NCBI GenBank assembly: GCA_963727775.1
Contig: CAVSHB010000001.1
Span: 96,001-160,000, forward strand
Origin: an uncultured Nitrospiraceae bacterium
GTDB lineage: Bacteria > Nitrospirota > Thermodesulfovibrionia > Thermodesulfovibrionales > SM23-35
Length of the DNA stretch: 64,000 nucleotides
Direction: 5' to 3'
Both the position numbers and the translations under genes were made by a program. The first letter of the stretch is position 1. Each line of letters opens with the position of its first letter. The notes beneath the pieces are model-generated. The model was given only the letters and a program-made list of their open reading frames with translations, was not told the DNA's origin and searched no databases. Of this stretch, positions 45,946-57,583 are shown in pieces.

Positions 45946-48081
45946 CTATTTGCCCCGCCTTTTTTTTGCAGTCTTTTGATCACAGATGGTCAGAATTATC
46001 TCCCGTTCTTCCATATCGACCCTGTCTACCCTCACCCTTAGCTCTTGCCCTATCGAGAAGGAGCGCTTTGAGTTTCTTCCGAGGAGTTTCATTTGACGTT
46101 CGTCAAGCTGATAGAAATCGTCCGTCATGTAAGACACATGCATAAACCCATCGACAAAGAAGTCCTTAAGCCTGACCCTTAGTCCGTAAGGGGTAACGCT
46201 TACAACTTTGGCGTCAAATTCCTCACCGACCTTGTTTTTCATAAACCATACCCTCATTGCGTCAATGACTTCTCTCTCGGCCTTTTCGGCGACGCGCTCG
46301 GTGCGTGAAGATTGAAACGCAATATCGGAAAGCGTCTTGTTGAGTTCCTGTATTCGTTTGTCCGGCAGAGACTTCTTTTTTAATACCTCTCTTAATATCC
46401 GGTGAACAACGAGGTCGGGATAACGCCTTATGGGGGAAGTGAAGTGGGCGTAGGATTTCGATGCAAGACCGAAATGGCCGACGTTTATCGGCGAATAACG
46501 CGCCTGTTTAAGGCTTCGCAAGATCATATAACTGACAATTTCTTCTTCGGGTTTTCCCCTTACAGCTTTGAGGATTTCCGGAAAATCTTTTGGTCTTAAT
46601 TTTTGTTTCCCCTTCATAGAAGTTCTTGCCATCCGCGCGATATCCTCGATCTTCATGGGGTCAGGCTCTTCATGTACTCTGTATAAAATAGGTACGCCAA
46701 GGCCCTCGATATGTTCGGCCACAGTCTCGTTCGCGGCGATCATGAACTCTTCGATGATCATATGGGCATAATTTCTATTCGCCTTTATGATCGCCTCCGG
46801 AACTCCCTGCATATCGAGCAGGACTTCCGGTTCAGGGAGATCAAAATCCAGGCTCCCCCGTTCAAGTCTCCTTTTCCTAAGGATGCCGCATAATTCGCCC
46901 ATCAACTCAAAATCCTGAATCAGATGATCATATTTCGCGCGTTCGCGGACGTCATTATCAATCAGTATTTTACTCACTGAAGTATATGTCATCCTTTCAT
47001 CGCTGACAATGACACTGGGATAGAATTTCGAGTCGAGCTTGACGCCGTTTCTGTCGAAATTCATTTCAACCGTGAAAGAAAGCCGTTCGACTTTTGGCTT
47101 TAAGCTGCACAGGTCCTCAGAGAGTTCTTTCGGAAGCATCGGGATTACCCTGTCGGGGAAATAAACACTTGTGCCTCTTTTTCGCGCCTCGACGTCGATT
47201 GTCGAATCCCAGCCGACATAGAAACCGACATCCGCGATATGGACATATAAGGTATAACCATGCTCTGATAATTTTATGGATACGGCGTCGTCAAAATCTT
47301 TTGCCCGCTCGCCATCGATAGTGACTGTCGGTAATGATCTTAAATCCTTCCTCCGCTGGACGCCGGTACCTCTGCCTTCCTGCTCCTGTGCCGACAGCAT
47401 TACGGCTTCCTCATGAACATTTCGCGGGAACCTTCCCGGGAGATCGAACTCATCAATAATCGCCTCGATCTCGGACTTAGGGTCCTCAGGCCTGTCCAAT
47501 ATCTTTACTACCCTTCCGGCAGGCGGCTTCCTGTCAGTCGGAAAGCTGACAATTTCAGCTATGACCATATCTCCATTTTTCGCTTCCCCGGTCTCTTTTA
47601 AGGGAATAAAGAGATCAAAACTGATAGACTTGTCTTTAGGTTTTACATAGCTTCCCGCCTTTGTTACTTCAAATTTCCCGGCTATTCTTGCATGCGCTCT
47701 TTCGAGGACCCGTATTATGGTCCCCTCACGCCTGTGCCTGTTTTCGACGCGCACAAGAACCCTGTCATTGTTCATGGCGCCCAAGGCCGATCTGGAGGGG
47801 ATAAACAAGTCCCTCTCTCCGGGTTTTTCCGTTATCACGAAACCATAGCCGTCCTTATGGGCTTCAAAATAGCCGTTCACCAGGTTCATGTCTCCGGAAG
47901 GTCCGTAAAGCCCTTTTCTTGTCAGCACGAGTTCGCCGGACCTGACCATCACCCTTAGCATTCTCTTTAATGCCTTTGCTTCTTTATGGTTCAGGCCCAT
48001 TAGGGAGACTATGTCCCTGAAGCCGAGAGGCCTCCGTGTCTTTTCTATGAAAAATGAATTTATTGTCTCTTTGCTTACCAT
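45946..48081 (-). CDS. rnr: Ribonuclease R
   Basis: TIDGERAKDFDDA, HFTSPIRRYPDL, cold-shock and S1 domains. Confidence 0.96.
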   Translation of the reverse strand: MVSKETINSFFIEKTRRPLGFRDIVSLMGLNHKEAKALKRMLRVMVRSGELVLTRKGLYGPSGDMNLVNGYFEAHKDGYGFVITEKPGERDLFIPSRSALGAMNNDRVLVRVENRHRREGTIIRVLERAHARIAGKFEVTKAGSYVKPKDKSISFDLFIPLKETGEAKNGDMVIAEIVSFPTDRKPPAGRVVKILDRPEDPKSEIEAIIDEFDLPGRFPRNVHEEAVMLSAQEQEGRGTGVQRRKDLRSLPTVTIDGERAKDFDDAVSIKLSEHGYTLYVHIADVGFYVGWDSTIDVEARKRGTSVYFPDRVIPMLPKELSEDLCSLKPKVERLSFTVEMNFDRNGVKLDSKFYPSVIVSDERMTYTSVSKILIDNDVRERAKYDHLIQDFELMGELCGILRKRRLERGSLDFDLPEPEVLLDMQGVPEAIIKANRNYAHMIIEEFMIAANETVAEHIEGLGVPILYRVHEEPDPMKIEDIARMARTSMKGKQKLRPKDFPEILKAVRGKPEEEIVSYMILRSLKQARYSPINVGHFGLASKSYAHFTSPIRRYPDLVVHRILREVLKKKSLPDKRIQELNKTLSDIAFQSSRTERVAEKAEREVIDAMRVWFMKNKVGEEFDAKVVSVTPYGLRVRLKDFFVDGFMHVSYMTDDFYQLDERQMKLLGRNSKRSFSIGQELRVRVDRVDMEEREIILTICDQKTAKKRRGK

Positions 48082-48245
48082 GGGTTTATCTTTTGGGCCA
48101 TTTTTGAAATGCCTTCATCTTAAAGCAACAATTACTGTTATTATATTATAAACAGGACGATATCGGAACTGCCCCCGATTGTTATCGCCGACTGCCTTTA
48201 ATTGACAGTTTTAGCCGATTGTGATACGTTTGAATATTACACATT

Positions 48246-50519
48246 ATGTCAGATAAAGCGACCATTATAAAAGACGCTCAGAAGTATCTTGCCCGCGGTC
48301 AGGTTGATAGAGCTATTTCCGAATGGGAGAAATTGGCAAAAGAATATCCTGACGGAAATACTTATAACACTGTCGGCGACCTGTATCTCAAGAAGGGCGA
48401 CAAGCCAAATGCAATCGATTCGTTTCATAAAGCGGCTCAATTTTTTAGGCAGGAAGGGTTTGCGCTCAAATCATTAGCACTATATAAAAAGATACTGAAT
48501 TTAACTCCGACCGACGCAAATGCCCTTCTTGCTCTCGCGGAGCTGAATGAAGGGAAGGGTCTTACCACAGACGCCATAAAATTTTATCTCGCGGCTGCCG
48601 ATACCCTATCAAAGGAAGGGAAAAAAGAAAAGCTCCTGGAGGTATATGAAAAAATTCTCGCCCTGTCTCCGTCCAATGTGCCTCTCAGGAACAAGATCGC
48701 GGAAATATATACGAAAGAAGGCCTCGTGCTGGAGGCCGCAAACCAGTACATTACTGTTGCAAGGCTCTATGCCGAAAAACAAGACACAGAAAAGGCCATA
48801 GCATTTTATCTGAAAGTGCTTGACGCCCAACCTCTCAACAGGGAGGCGATTATCGAGTTAAACAGCCTGTACGAACAGGTAGGCAATATTGAGCAGGCAC
48901 TGGGGCAGATAGAGGAAGCCGCAATCCTCTTCCCGCAGGATACGGATATCCTTCTCAGGTGCGCTGAGATGCAGACAAGCATCGGCAGGTTTGCTGAAGC
49001 CAGGGAGTATCTCGGGAGGATCACTGAAATTGAACCGGCCAACATTAAGGCAAGACGTCTGCTCGGTGATGTCTATCTGAAAGAGGGCGACAAGGGAAAA
49101 GCCTGGGAAGAGTATCTGTCTGTCCTTGATGATATATTGCTTGAGGAAAACTATGATGAAGCTATAAAACTCCTTGCGTCTTTCAAGGATATCGATCCGG
49201 TGGAGACCGGCAAGAGACTTGTTTCACTCTACATTCAGCTCGGGGATTATATCCAGGTAGTGCGCGAGCTTACTTCTCTCGCGGATGTGTTTATTGAAGG
49301 AGGCAAACAAAAAGAGGCCCTCAATTGCTACAAAGAAGCTTTTAAGATGTCGCCTGACGATGAATTACTCAAGACAAAGGTTGTTGAGCTTGAGAAGGAG
49401 ATCGGCAGAGAACACATTTCGACAGGAGCTGAAAAGACCCTTGAAGAAGTGCTTATAGACTCTGACATATACCTCAGATACGGTCTTTATGAAAATGCAA
49501 GGAATCTCCTTGAGTCTTTCAGGGAGGAAGGGACCGAGAACATCGACCTTCATTTGAGACTCAAGACTTTATATGCTGATACAGGAGATAAAGAACAGGC
49601 GATTACAGAGTGCCTGCTCCTGAGCGAACTCTACTTGCGATCCGGCGATACTGTGGGTAGCGAGCAGGTGATTAGGGAAGCGCATGAGATAAATCCCGAA
49701 GACCCCCGGCTTATCAAAATACCAGCCCCCCTTGAGCATGCAGAGGAAGCTGCTGTTACACCGCCGTCTGAAGGACTTTTAATAGAGGATTACGGGGAGG
49801 AGATCGCAGAAGCCGATTTTTATGCGAGGCAGGGGTTATTCGATGAAGCCCGCGAGATACTGGAAAGACTCCAGAGCCTCTTCCCCGAAAACCGGGAGAT
49901 AAACCGAAAGTTGTCATCCCTCGGCCAGGTAACAGAAGGTGAAGGGGAAATGGAATCTATCGAACAACGTGAACCTTTGATGCCGGAAGGCGAGGTGCTT
50001 GACGTAGAGGAAATAGCGGAACCGGCCCTTGAGGGCAACGTCATTGATATTTTTAACGAATTCAAAAAAGGTCTTGAAAAAGAACTTGAAGAAGAGGATT
50101 TTGAAACTCATTACAATCTCGGTATAGCATACAAGGAGATGGGGCTGATAGATGACGCGATAAGAGAATTCCAGACATCGCGCAAGGACCCCAGGAGATT
50201 TATCCATTCTTCAAACATGCTCGGCATATGTTATATTGAAAAAGGCCTTTCCCCATTGGCTATAGAAGTCTTGAAGAATGCTATTGAAAAGATGGAAGAC
50301 AGGGGAGAATCATACTGGGCAATGAACTATGATCTCGCCGAGGCCTATGAGAAAAACGACAATTTCAAAGAGGCGCTTGATTGCTATACACAGGTATATG
50401 GATGGAATTCTAAATTCCGTGCGGTTTCTGATAAGATAGATCAACTGAAAACGGTAATGGCAAAAGGCGCCGAACAAAAGAAGCCCAAAGAAAGAAAGGA
50501 CAGAGTCTCTTATTTATAA
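48246..50519 (+). CDS. Large TPR-repeat protein
   Basis: Many TPR units, acidic linker, ETHYNLGIAYKEMGL C-terminal block. Confidence 0.85.
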   Translation: MSDKATIIKDAQKYLARGQVDRAISEWEKLAKEYPDGNTYNTVGDLYLKKGDKPNAIDSFHKAAQFFRQEGFALKSLALYKKILNLTPTDANALLALAELNEGKGLTTDAIKFYLAAADTLSKEGKKEKLLEVYEKILALSPSNVPLRNKIAEIYTKEGLVLEAANQYITVARLYAEKQDTEKAIAFYLKVLDAQPLNREAIIELNSLYEQVGNIEQALGQIEEAAILFPQDTDILLRCAEMQTSIGRFAEAREYLGRITEIEPANIKARRLLGDVYLKEGDKGKAWEEYLSVLDDILLEENYDEAIKLLASFKDIDPVETGKRLVSLYIQLGDYIQVVRELTSLADVFIEGGKQKEALNCYKEAFKMSPDDELLKTKVVELEKEIGREHISTGAEKTLEEVLIDSDIYLRYGLYENARNLLESFREEGTENIDLHLRLKTLYADTGDKEQAITECLLLSELYLRSGDTVGSEQVIREAHEINPEDPRLIKIPAPLEHAEEAAVTPPSEGLLIEDYGEEIAEADFYARQGLFDEAREILERLQSLFPENREINRKLSSLGQVTEGEGEMESIEQREPLMPEGEVLDVEEIAEPALEGNVIDIFNEFKKGLEKELEEEDFETHYNLGIAYKEMGLIDDAIREFQTSRKDPRRFIHSSNMLGICYIEKGLSPLAIEVLKNAIEKMEDRGESYWAMNYDLAEAYEKNDNFKEALDCYTQVYGWNSKFRAVSDKIDQLKTVMAKGAEQKKPKERKDRVSYL

Positions 50520-50522
50520 TAC

Positions 50523-51341
50523 ATGGATTACCTGGAATATTACGGACTGAAAGAGCATCCATTCTCAAACGTAGTTGACAGCAGATTTTATTACAACGGG
50601 TTATTACACTCCGACGCACTCATTAAGCTAAAGTATGCGGTTGACACAAATAAAGGCCTTGCTGTTGTCATCGGGGGGATAGGAACAGGGAAGACGACCC
50701 TTGCAAGAAGGTTCCTTGAGGAACTGGATGAAGATGCCTATGAGGCCGCCCTTCTTGTGGTTGTCCATTCCAGCGTCAGCTCAGAGTGGCTCTTTAAGAA
50801 ATTTGCTATGCAACTCGGGGTGAAGGACGTAAAGGATGATAAGGTGGAGCTTCTTACACAAATATATAGGAGGCTAAATGAGATCATCGAAGGAGATAAA
50901 AAGGCCGTAGTAATGGTCGATGAAGTTCAGATGTTGAATTCAAAGGAGATCATGGAAGAATTCAGAGGGTTGCTGAACATGGAGTCATCATTCGGGAAAA
51001 TGCTTAATATCGTTTTCTTCGGATTGCCGGACCTTGAAGATGTTCTCTCCCTGGATGAACCGCTCAAGCAGAGGGTGGCGGTTAAGATCAGGCTAAAGGA
51101 ATTCTCGGAAAATGACACACATGATTATATAGGGCACAGGCTCAGGGTCGCGAGATGCAGCAAGAATATTTTTTCAGAGGAAGCCATAAGGTTGATCTAC
51201 CAGTTTACCAACGGGACCCCCAGGCTTATCAATACTGTATGCGATAACGCCCTTCTCGAAGGTTATCTGGCCAGGATAAATACGGTAGAAGGGGCGATTA
51301 TAGAAACCGTTGCGGTTGATCTCGGCCTGAGCATTAAGTAG
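50523..51341 (+). CDS. ExeA/GspA-like AAA ATPase
   Basis: YGLKEHPF, GGIGTGKTT, VDEVQ, GTPRLINTVCDNALL. Confidence 0.9.
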   Translation: MDYLEYYGLKEHPFSNVVDSRFYYNGLLHSDALIKLKYAVDTNKGLAVVIGGIGTGKTTLARRFLEELDEDAYEAALLVVVHSSVSSEWLFKKFAMQLGVKDVKDDKVELLTQIYRRLNEIIEGDKKAVVMVDEVQMLNSKEIMEEFRGLLNMESSFGKMLNIVFFGLPDLEDVLSLDEPLKQRVAVKIRLKEFSENDTHDYIGHRLRVARCSKNIFSEEAIRLIYQFTNGTPRLINTVCDNALLEGYLARINTVEGAIIETVAVDLGLSIK

Positions 51342-51966
51342 CATTAAGGGCGAATGATATATCTCTGATCTTTAATGTTACCACGTATTTGGAGAGTTCT
51401 ATCCTGATCTTGGACGGGTACCACATATCACCTGTTTTTTCCGGATTTTCATAGGAAACATTGAGTTCCCTGCCTTCTTCAATAGAAATGGCCATCTTCC
51501 TGGGCAGCATTGTTTTCTTGTCCAGCCATAATGTTTTATTGAGGTCTCTGAGAATATAGACGTCTTCTTTTTCTTCTGTCTCGAAGTTATCCAAATCCCA
51601 CCAGAAAAGACAGTCCCTCAGCCCGTATGTAAGAATCGTCCCTTTGTTTCTGTCGACTGCGGGCCTGCTTTTTATTACGCCGTTTTCCGAAGTTATCTCA
51701 AACGCGAGAAACCCGAATGAATAGATGCGCATACTCAGGTCACCGTTCTTCGCTATATTCAGCACGCCGTCCCCCCTGATCTCAGTATCGTCTTTTTCAA
51801 AAGAGATCGAGAATGTGGTTTCTATTGTCGATATATTGTTCTTTGCAGTGAGAACGTCTTTGACATCAACGCCTTCGTATGAGGGCATTTCGACCCGCGG
51901 CCTTGCGCAGGAGAATAAAAGAAAGACGATGCTAAGTAAAAACAGCTTTGAGACAATCTTCGACAT
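51334..51966 (-). CDS. Lipoprotein, possibly LolB-like fold
   Basis: Lipobox LFSC; beta-rich; overlaps the radA stop. Confidence 0.7.
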   Translation of the reverse strand: MSKIVSKLFLLSIVFLLFSCARPRVEMPSYEGVDVKDVLTAKNNISTIETTFSISFEKDDTEIRGDGVLNIAKNGDLSMRIYSFGFLAFEITSENGVIKSRPAVDRNKGTILTYGLRDCLFWWDLDNFETEEKEDVYILRDLNKTLWLDKKTMLPRKMAISIEEGRELNVSYENPEKTGDMWYPSKIRIELSKYVVTLKIRDISFALNAT

Positions 51967-53296
51967 TTTTCACTCCTGTTAACTCCAGCCCAAAATTATC
52001 ATTTATCTTTTCGGCATTTCCGATAGGGATGAGGGCATGCCTGAATCCGATTTTTGCCGCTTCTTTTATCCTGGTCTCCGCTTGCGCGACAGCCCTTATC
52101 TCGCCGGAAAGTCCGACCTCTCCGAAAACAAAGATCTTCGGATCAACGGGTACATCTTTTAGCGAAGACGCAATTGTCGTAATGACGCCGAGATCAACGG
52201 CAGGCTCGATTAATCTGAGTCCGCCGACTACATTTACAAAAATATCCATTCCACCGAGATTGAGTCCCACCTTTTTTTCCAGCACTGCCACAAGGAGATT
52301 CACCCTGTTGAAATCCACTCCGATCGCTGTCCTCCTGGGCATCCCGAAGTTGGACTGGGAGACCAGAGACTGTATCTCGACCATCAAAGGTCTTGTCCCC
52401 TCAATGCTTGCAACAACTGTTGAACCGGAAACGTTCAGAGGGCGTTCAATGAGAAAAAGTTCAGACGGGTTTTCGACCTCAAGCAGTCCGGAATCCGACA
52501 TCTCGAATATCCCGATCTCGTTCGTTGAGCCGAAGCGGTTTTTTACAGTCCTTAATATCCGGTATGAATGCCCCCTGTCTCCCTCAAAATAGAGCACGGT
52601 ATCTACGATATGCTCAAGCACGCGCGGGCCGGCAATCGCACCTTCCTTGGTCACGTGTCCCACGATGAATACCGGGATATCGGACCTTTTTGCAAAGAGC
52701 ATCAGCTTCGACGCGCACTCCCTGACCTGGCTTACGGACCCCGGCGCAGAGACAAGCTCCTCCGTGTAAACAGTCTGAATGGAATCAATGACTACGGCAT
52801 CAGGGGCGATCTTTGATATCGAAGTGACGACGGCTTCCAATGAGGTCTCCGCGAGCAGGATGATATTGTCGGAATTTATCGACAGCCTTTCAGATCTGAT
52901 CTTAATCTGTTCAGGCGATTCTTCTCCTGAGACATAAAGCACTTTCCCGTATTGTTTTGAGAGGCCGTACACAGCCTGCAAGAGTAAGGTTGATTTTCCG
53001 ATGCCCGGGTCCCCGCCAATGAGTATTACCGAACCGGCAACAACACCCCCGCCCAGGACCCTGTCGAGTTCCTTAATGCCTGTCGATGTCCTCTGTTGAA
53101 ATCCTGTTGCGATGGAACTGAGGGGTTGCGGCTCTGATTTTCCGAGGTGGGTCACCAACGACGACTGGCGTGCAACCATATCCTTCTTTTCTTCTGCAAA
53201 ACTGTTCCACGCCGCGCAATCCGGGCATTTGCCGAGCCACTTCGGACTTGTGTATCCACACGCCTGACACTGGAAAAGAGTCTTAATTTTCGACAT
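51932..53296 (-). CDS. radA: DNA repair protein RadA/Sms
   Basis: C4 zinc finger, GDPGIGKST, KNRFG. Confidence 0.97.
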   Translation of the reverse strand: MSKIKTLFQCQACGYTSPKWLGKCPDCAAWNSFAEEKKDMVARQSSLVTHLGKSEPQPLSSIATGFQQRTSTGIKELDRVLGGGVVAGSVILIGGDPGIGKSTLLLQAVYGLSKQYGKVLYVSGEESPEQIKIRSERLSINSDNIILLAETSLEAVVTSISKIAPDAVVIDSIQTVYTEELVSAPGSVSQVRECASKLMLFAKRSDIPVFIVGHVTKEGAIAGPRVLEHIVDTVLYFEGDRGHSYRILRTVKNRFGSTNEIGIFEMSDSGLLEVENPSELFLIERPLNVSGSTVVASIEGTRPLMVEIQSLVSQSNFGMPRRTAIGVDFNRVNLLVAVLEKKVGLNLGGMDIFVNVVGGLRLIEPAVDLGVITTIASSLKDVPVDPKIFVFGEVGLSGEIRAVAQAETRIKEAAKIGFRHALIPIGNAEKINDNFGLELTGVKNVEDCLKAVFT

Positions 53297-53358
53297 ACGT
53301 CATTATAACAGAAGTAGCATGACCAAGTTAAAGTCGAAAAAAGGCAAGGCTCTTACCC

Positions 53359-55788
53359 TCAAAGTCTTGCTTTTCTCAACCGCAAAGCGTTGGTTATTAC
53401 CGATACCGAACTGAAACTCATGGCAGCCGCGGCAATTATCGGACTTAGAAGAACGCCGAAAAAGGGGTAGAGTATTCCTGCTGCGATCGGTACCCCTACA
53501 GAGTTGTAAACGAACGCAAAAAACAAATTCTGCTTTATATTGCCCATGGTCAACCTGCTCAGCGCCCTTGCCCTCACAATGCCCCTCAGGTCTCCCCTGA
53601 CCAGTGTTACCCCTGCGCTTTCCATCGCTACATCCGTGCCGGTTCCCATGGCAATCCCGACATGGGCTTGCGCAAGAGCGGGAGCATCGTTAATGCCGTC
53701 TCCTGCCATAGCCACGACATGCCCCAACTGCTGGAGGCGCTTAATCTCTTCGACTTTCCGGTCCGGCAGGACCTCGGCGATGACGTCATCAATCCCTAAC
53801 TTTTTTGCCACAGCGTTTGCTGTTGTATAACTGTCACCCGTCAACATTACAATCTTGATGCCTTCCTCATGGAGCTGTCTAATGGCTTCAGGTGTTGTCT
53901 CTTTGATAGGGTCCGCCACACCTATCACTCCCGCAATCTTTCCGTCTACCGATAGGAACATAGCTGTCTGACCCTCAGCGCGCATTTGCTCGGCCTGCGT
54001 AAAAAGTTCTCCTGGGTCTGCGCCGATATCTTCGATGAGGTTCCGGTTGCCGAGGGCGATTTCATGCCCATCCACACGTCCGACAACACCCTTTCCTGTC
54101 TTTGATTCAAAAGATTCCACCTTTGTTGGTTCTACCCCTTTCCCTTCAGCTCCTGAACCTATTGCATTCGCAAAAGGGTGTTCGCTACCCCTTTCCAGGC
54201 TTGCTGCATAAAAGAGGATATCTTTTTCCTCCCATCCGGTAACGGCATATGTCTCAATAAGCTCCGGCTTGCCCAAGGTAAGAGTCCCTGTCTTGTCCAC
54301 TACAAGGACATCAACCTTTTTCATGATCTCGATGGCTTCTGCGTTCTTAAAAAGCACACCCAGGGTCGCTCCCTTCCCCATAGCGACCATTATTGATACC
54401 GGGGTTGCGAGGCCAAGGGCACATGGACATGCTATGATGAGTACGGCGACGGCACTAATCACGGCGTGAGCTAATCGCGGTTCAGGCCCGAACCACGCCC
54501 AGACAAAAAAGGTTATAACTGCAACAAGGACAACTATCTGCACAAAGTAGCCGGCAACGATATCTGCCAGTTTTTGGATAGGAGCACGGCTCCGCTGGGC
54601 CTCAGCGACCATCTGCACGATCCGCGACAGGAGAGTATCAGCTCCAACTTTGTCAGCCTTCATCACAAAGGTACCCGTGCCGTTAACTGTGGCGCCTATG
54701 ACCCGGGCACCGGGTTGCTTTTGCACAGGTATCGGCTCGCCGGTGATCATCGACTCATCGACCGAACTCATACCCTCAGTAACGGTACCGTCGACGGGTA
54801 CCTTCTCGCCCGGACGCACCCGCACCAAATCACCCGGCTGTAAGAGATCGAGGGGGACATCTTCCTCTTTCCCTGCCTGGCTTATGCGACGCGCAGTCTT
54901 TGGGGCCAAACCGAGCAAAGCTCTAATGGCTGCACCGGTCTTGCCCCTTGCTCTGAGTTCCAGCACCTGCCCGAGCAAAACCAGTGCGACAATTACAGCC
55001 GCAGCCTCAAAATAAACGCCTACATCCCCATTTTTCATCCTGAACGATGACGGGAAAATCCCGGGGAACAAAGAAGCAATCATGCTATAGACGTATGCGA
55101 CGCTGACGCCGAGGCCGATGAGAGTAAACATGTTCGGACTGCGGTTTATGACCGATTGCCAACCCCGGACAAAAAAGGGCCATCCTCCCCAAAGGATAAC
55201 AGGCGTTGCGAGAATGAGTTCCGCCCACTTAAGCGTTTCGGCAGAGATCAGTCGGTCCAAAGATATCCCCGGAATCATGTCGCGCATAGCGATCAGAACT
55301 ACAGGGACCGATAAAACCGCGCTGATCCGGAATCTTCGCAGCATAGCGACAAGCTCGGGGTTCTCCTCTTCCTCAAGCTGGACAGTCTTGGGTTCCAGTG
55401 CCATGCCGCAGACAGGACAACTTCCCGGCGTATCCCTTACAACCTCGGGGTGCATGGGGCATGTCCATTCTGTCTTTGTCAGCGCTGCAGGAGGACCCGT
55501 AGACTCAAGCGCCATGCCGCATTTTGGACATGGGACCGGCTTTATCTCCCTGATTTCGGGATGCATAGGACACGTATATGTAACGCCGGGAACTACCTGT
55601 TTAATGTGGAGGGGTTCTGATACAGTTGCTCCTGCAAACTTTTTCGATATGAATATCTCCGGGTCCTTTTTGAACTTTTCAAGGCAGTGTCCGCAGCAAA
55701 AATAATAGGGTACCCCTTTGTACTCATAATGGAACTTAGCGCTCTCGAGATTGACTATCATCCCGCACACAGGATCAATGACTTTCAT
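53359..55788 (-). CDS. copA: Cu(I)/Ag(I) P1B-type ATPase with YHS and heavy-metal-binding domains
   Basis: DPVCGM YHS, two TCPMHPE...[21 protein letters not shown] and MxxSS motifs. Confidence 0.93.
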   Translation of the reverse strand: MKVIDPVCGMIVNLESAKFHYEYKGVPYYFCCGHCLEKFKKDPEIFISKKFAGATVSEPLHIKQVVPGVTYTCPMHPEIREIKPVPCPKCGMALESTGPPAALTKTEWTCPMHPEVVRDTPGSCPVCGMALEPKTVQLEEEENPELVAMLRRFRISAVLSVPVVLIAMRDMIPGISLDRLISAETLKWAELILATPVILWGGWPFFVRGWQSVINRSPNMFTLIGLGVSVAYVYSMIASLFPGIFPSSFRMKNGDVGVYFEAAAVIVALVLLGQVLELRARGKTGAAIRALLGLAPKTARRISQAGKEEDVPLDLLQPGDLVRVRPGEKVPVDGTVTEGMSSVDESMITGEPIPVQKQPGARVIGATVNGTGTFVMKADKVGADTLLSRIVQMVAEAQRSRAPIQKLADIVAGYFVQIVVLVAVITFFVWAWFGPEPRLAHAVISAVAVLIIACPCALGLATPVSIMVAMGKGATLGVLFKNAEAIEIMKKVDVLVVDKTGTLTLGKPELIETYAVTGWEEKDILFYAASLERGSEHPFANAIGSGAEGKGVEPTKVESFESKTGKGVVGRVDGHEIALGNRNLIEDIGADPGELFTQAEQMRAEGQTAMFLSVDGKIAGVIGVADPIKETTPEAIRQLHEEGIKIVMLTGDSYTTANAVAKKLGIDDVIAEVLPDRKVEEIKRLQQLGHVVAMAGDGINDAPALAQAHVGIAMGTGTDVAMESAGVTLVRGDLRGIVRARALSRLTMGNIKQNLFFAFVYNSVGVPIAAGILYPFFGVLLSPIIAAAAMSFSSVSVITNALRLRKARL

Positions 55789-55930
55789 CTTTGCCTCCGG
55801 ATGTATTTGAGCAACAATATCAATAATTATTTAAAGCATACTATAGATTTAGAATCATTGGAAATCATGTCTTCATCAGGTCATCCCTGATCTTCTCAAT
55901 TTCTTCTCTGCCTAATGACGGTGTGTTCTG

Positions 55931-56605
55931 CTAATGGTTATGCTCTTCAGTCTCTTCAGTCTCCTCGCCCTCAGATTCTTTTGAAGGAGCAGGCATCTTG
56001 TGTTCCATCTTACCGGACATCATGCCGCCCATCATACCGCCCATCATGCAATTACTCATGGACATTTTATCCTGTACTCTTGCTTTCATGTCTTTGATAG
56101 TATCCAGCATATGTTTTTTGTCGGCCGGTTTGACGCCGTTGATAATTTTTTCCTGCATATTCATTATATCGATCATCATCTGCATCATATCATGCATCAT
56201 CATCCCATGCCCCATCATCTGCTGCATCATCGGCATCTGATGTCCGCCGCCCATCATGCCCTTTCCCTTCATCTGTTGCATTTTAGGGCACATCATCATG
56301 GGTTGTTTTCCCTCCTCCATTTGCATCGCGGGCTGTTTCATCTCTTCTTTCCCTTTACCCATCATGCCGCTATCCGACTGCGCAAACACAGAACCGCAAA
56401 AAATAAATAAAATCCCAAGGCAAATCAGTAATCTTTTCATTCTTCCTTCCTCCTTACTTTTGTTTTTTACGATGAATTTATCGGGGTGTTGATCAAACTT
56501 CTCCTTGCAAATCCTTGCACAAAAGTAATATCTTGTACCCTTGTATACGAATAATGGCCGCAGTTCTATTTTATCCACGCCCATAGTGCATAAGGGGTCT
56601 TTCAC
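55931..56605 (-). CDS. YHS domain in frame with a secreted Met-rich protein (likely second start at 56440)
   Basis: DPLC...YYFC...C...F...P YHS; internal AAGGAGG plus MKRLLICLG signal peptide; very Met-rich body. Confidence 0.7.
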   Translation of the reverse strand: MKDPLCTMGVDKIELRPLFVYKGTRYYFCARICKEKFDQHPDKFIVKNKSKEEGRMKRLLICLGILFIFCGSVFAQSDSGMMGKGKEEMKQPAMQMEEGKQPMMMCPKMQQMKGKGMMGGGHQMPMMQQMMGHGMMMHDMMQMMIDIMNMQEKIINGVKPADKKHMLDTIKDMKARVQDKMSMSNCMMGGMMGGMMSGKMEHKMPAPSKESEGEETEETEEHNH

Positions 56606-56739
56606 CCTAATGACTCACCTCCTCATATTTCTTGGTATTTAATCTGCAAGTCTAATAACAAGGCTATCAAAAACTTAAGTGGTCGTCAAATTTTTGTAAA
56701 CTCCGGTGGGAACTAACAAAATGGAATATAAAGCACTGA

Positions 56740-56976
56740 GCCCGCGACGCTTTTATCGCCTTATTTATTGTTGCAAGCGACGTACCTTTTGATTTTAATT
56801 TCTTTCCGGTTCTATTCCACAAATCATCTATAGTATGCGCCGATATTACGCTCTTTAATATACTCTTCTATAAGTCCCTTTACCATTTCACTCGTAGTCT
56901 TGCCTTCAATTCTTGCAAGTTTATTCAGTCTGTTTTTAACGTCATTATCTATCCTTATAATCATCTGAGTTGACAT
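56740..56976 (-). pseudogene. CopG/ribbon-helix-helix antitoxin-like gene, frameshifted
   Basis: MSTQMIIRID...LARIEGKTTSE; removing one base gives AYIDDLWNRTGKKLKSKG; upstream palindrome TTGTATAT...ATATACAA. Confidence 0.6.
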
Positions 56977-57251
56977 ATCTTGCCTCCAAATATAATTGTA
57001 TATCACGTATATACAAGCGTCAACCCCTCACACTACTTTTAAACACTGGAAGGCCGTCTCCCAATGATTTTTCTAAGCCTCTCCTTGTCATCATCAATCG
57101 ATCTTCTGTAGTATAAGATGTCGAAAGTGAGCTACTTTCAAACAAAAACACTCAGAGAGCAGTACTTCATCAAAAGACGCAGCATGAAGAATTTACAACT
57201 GAGAACGAGTACAAATAATATTCAGCAATCATAATCAATTGAAGTCATGTT

Positions 57252-57560
57252 GAATGCGGCTTCGAGCACGACTTCTCGCTGCGCGACGGGGCGGGCAACT
57301 ACTGGGACATGGCGAATTTCACAGCCGCGTCGCCGAAGTCAGTCTTCAACGAGGACGGGCGCTATCTGACGCAGATCCCCGAGGACTACTAAGCAACGAA
57401 GACCTATACCGACAAGCTGATCGGATTTATCGACGCTAACCGCGGCGATTACAAGCCCTTCTTCGCCTACTTCACCCCCCCAGGCGCCATATGATGATCC
57501 GTAACACTGCCACGGGAATGGCACTCTCGCCACATCGCTGAGGACGACAAGACATTACGA
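57252..57560 (+). pseudogene. Internal arylsulfatase fragment
   Basis: GFEHDFSLRDGAGNYW...EDY*ATKTYTDKLIGFID...KPFFAYF..QAP; in-frame stops at 57390 and 57502; GC-rich relative to flanks. Confidence 0.65.
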
Positions 57561-57583
57561 CAAACAGTACTTCAAAAACTATC

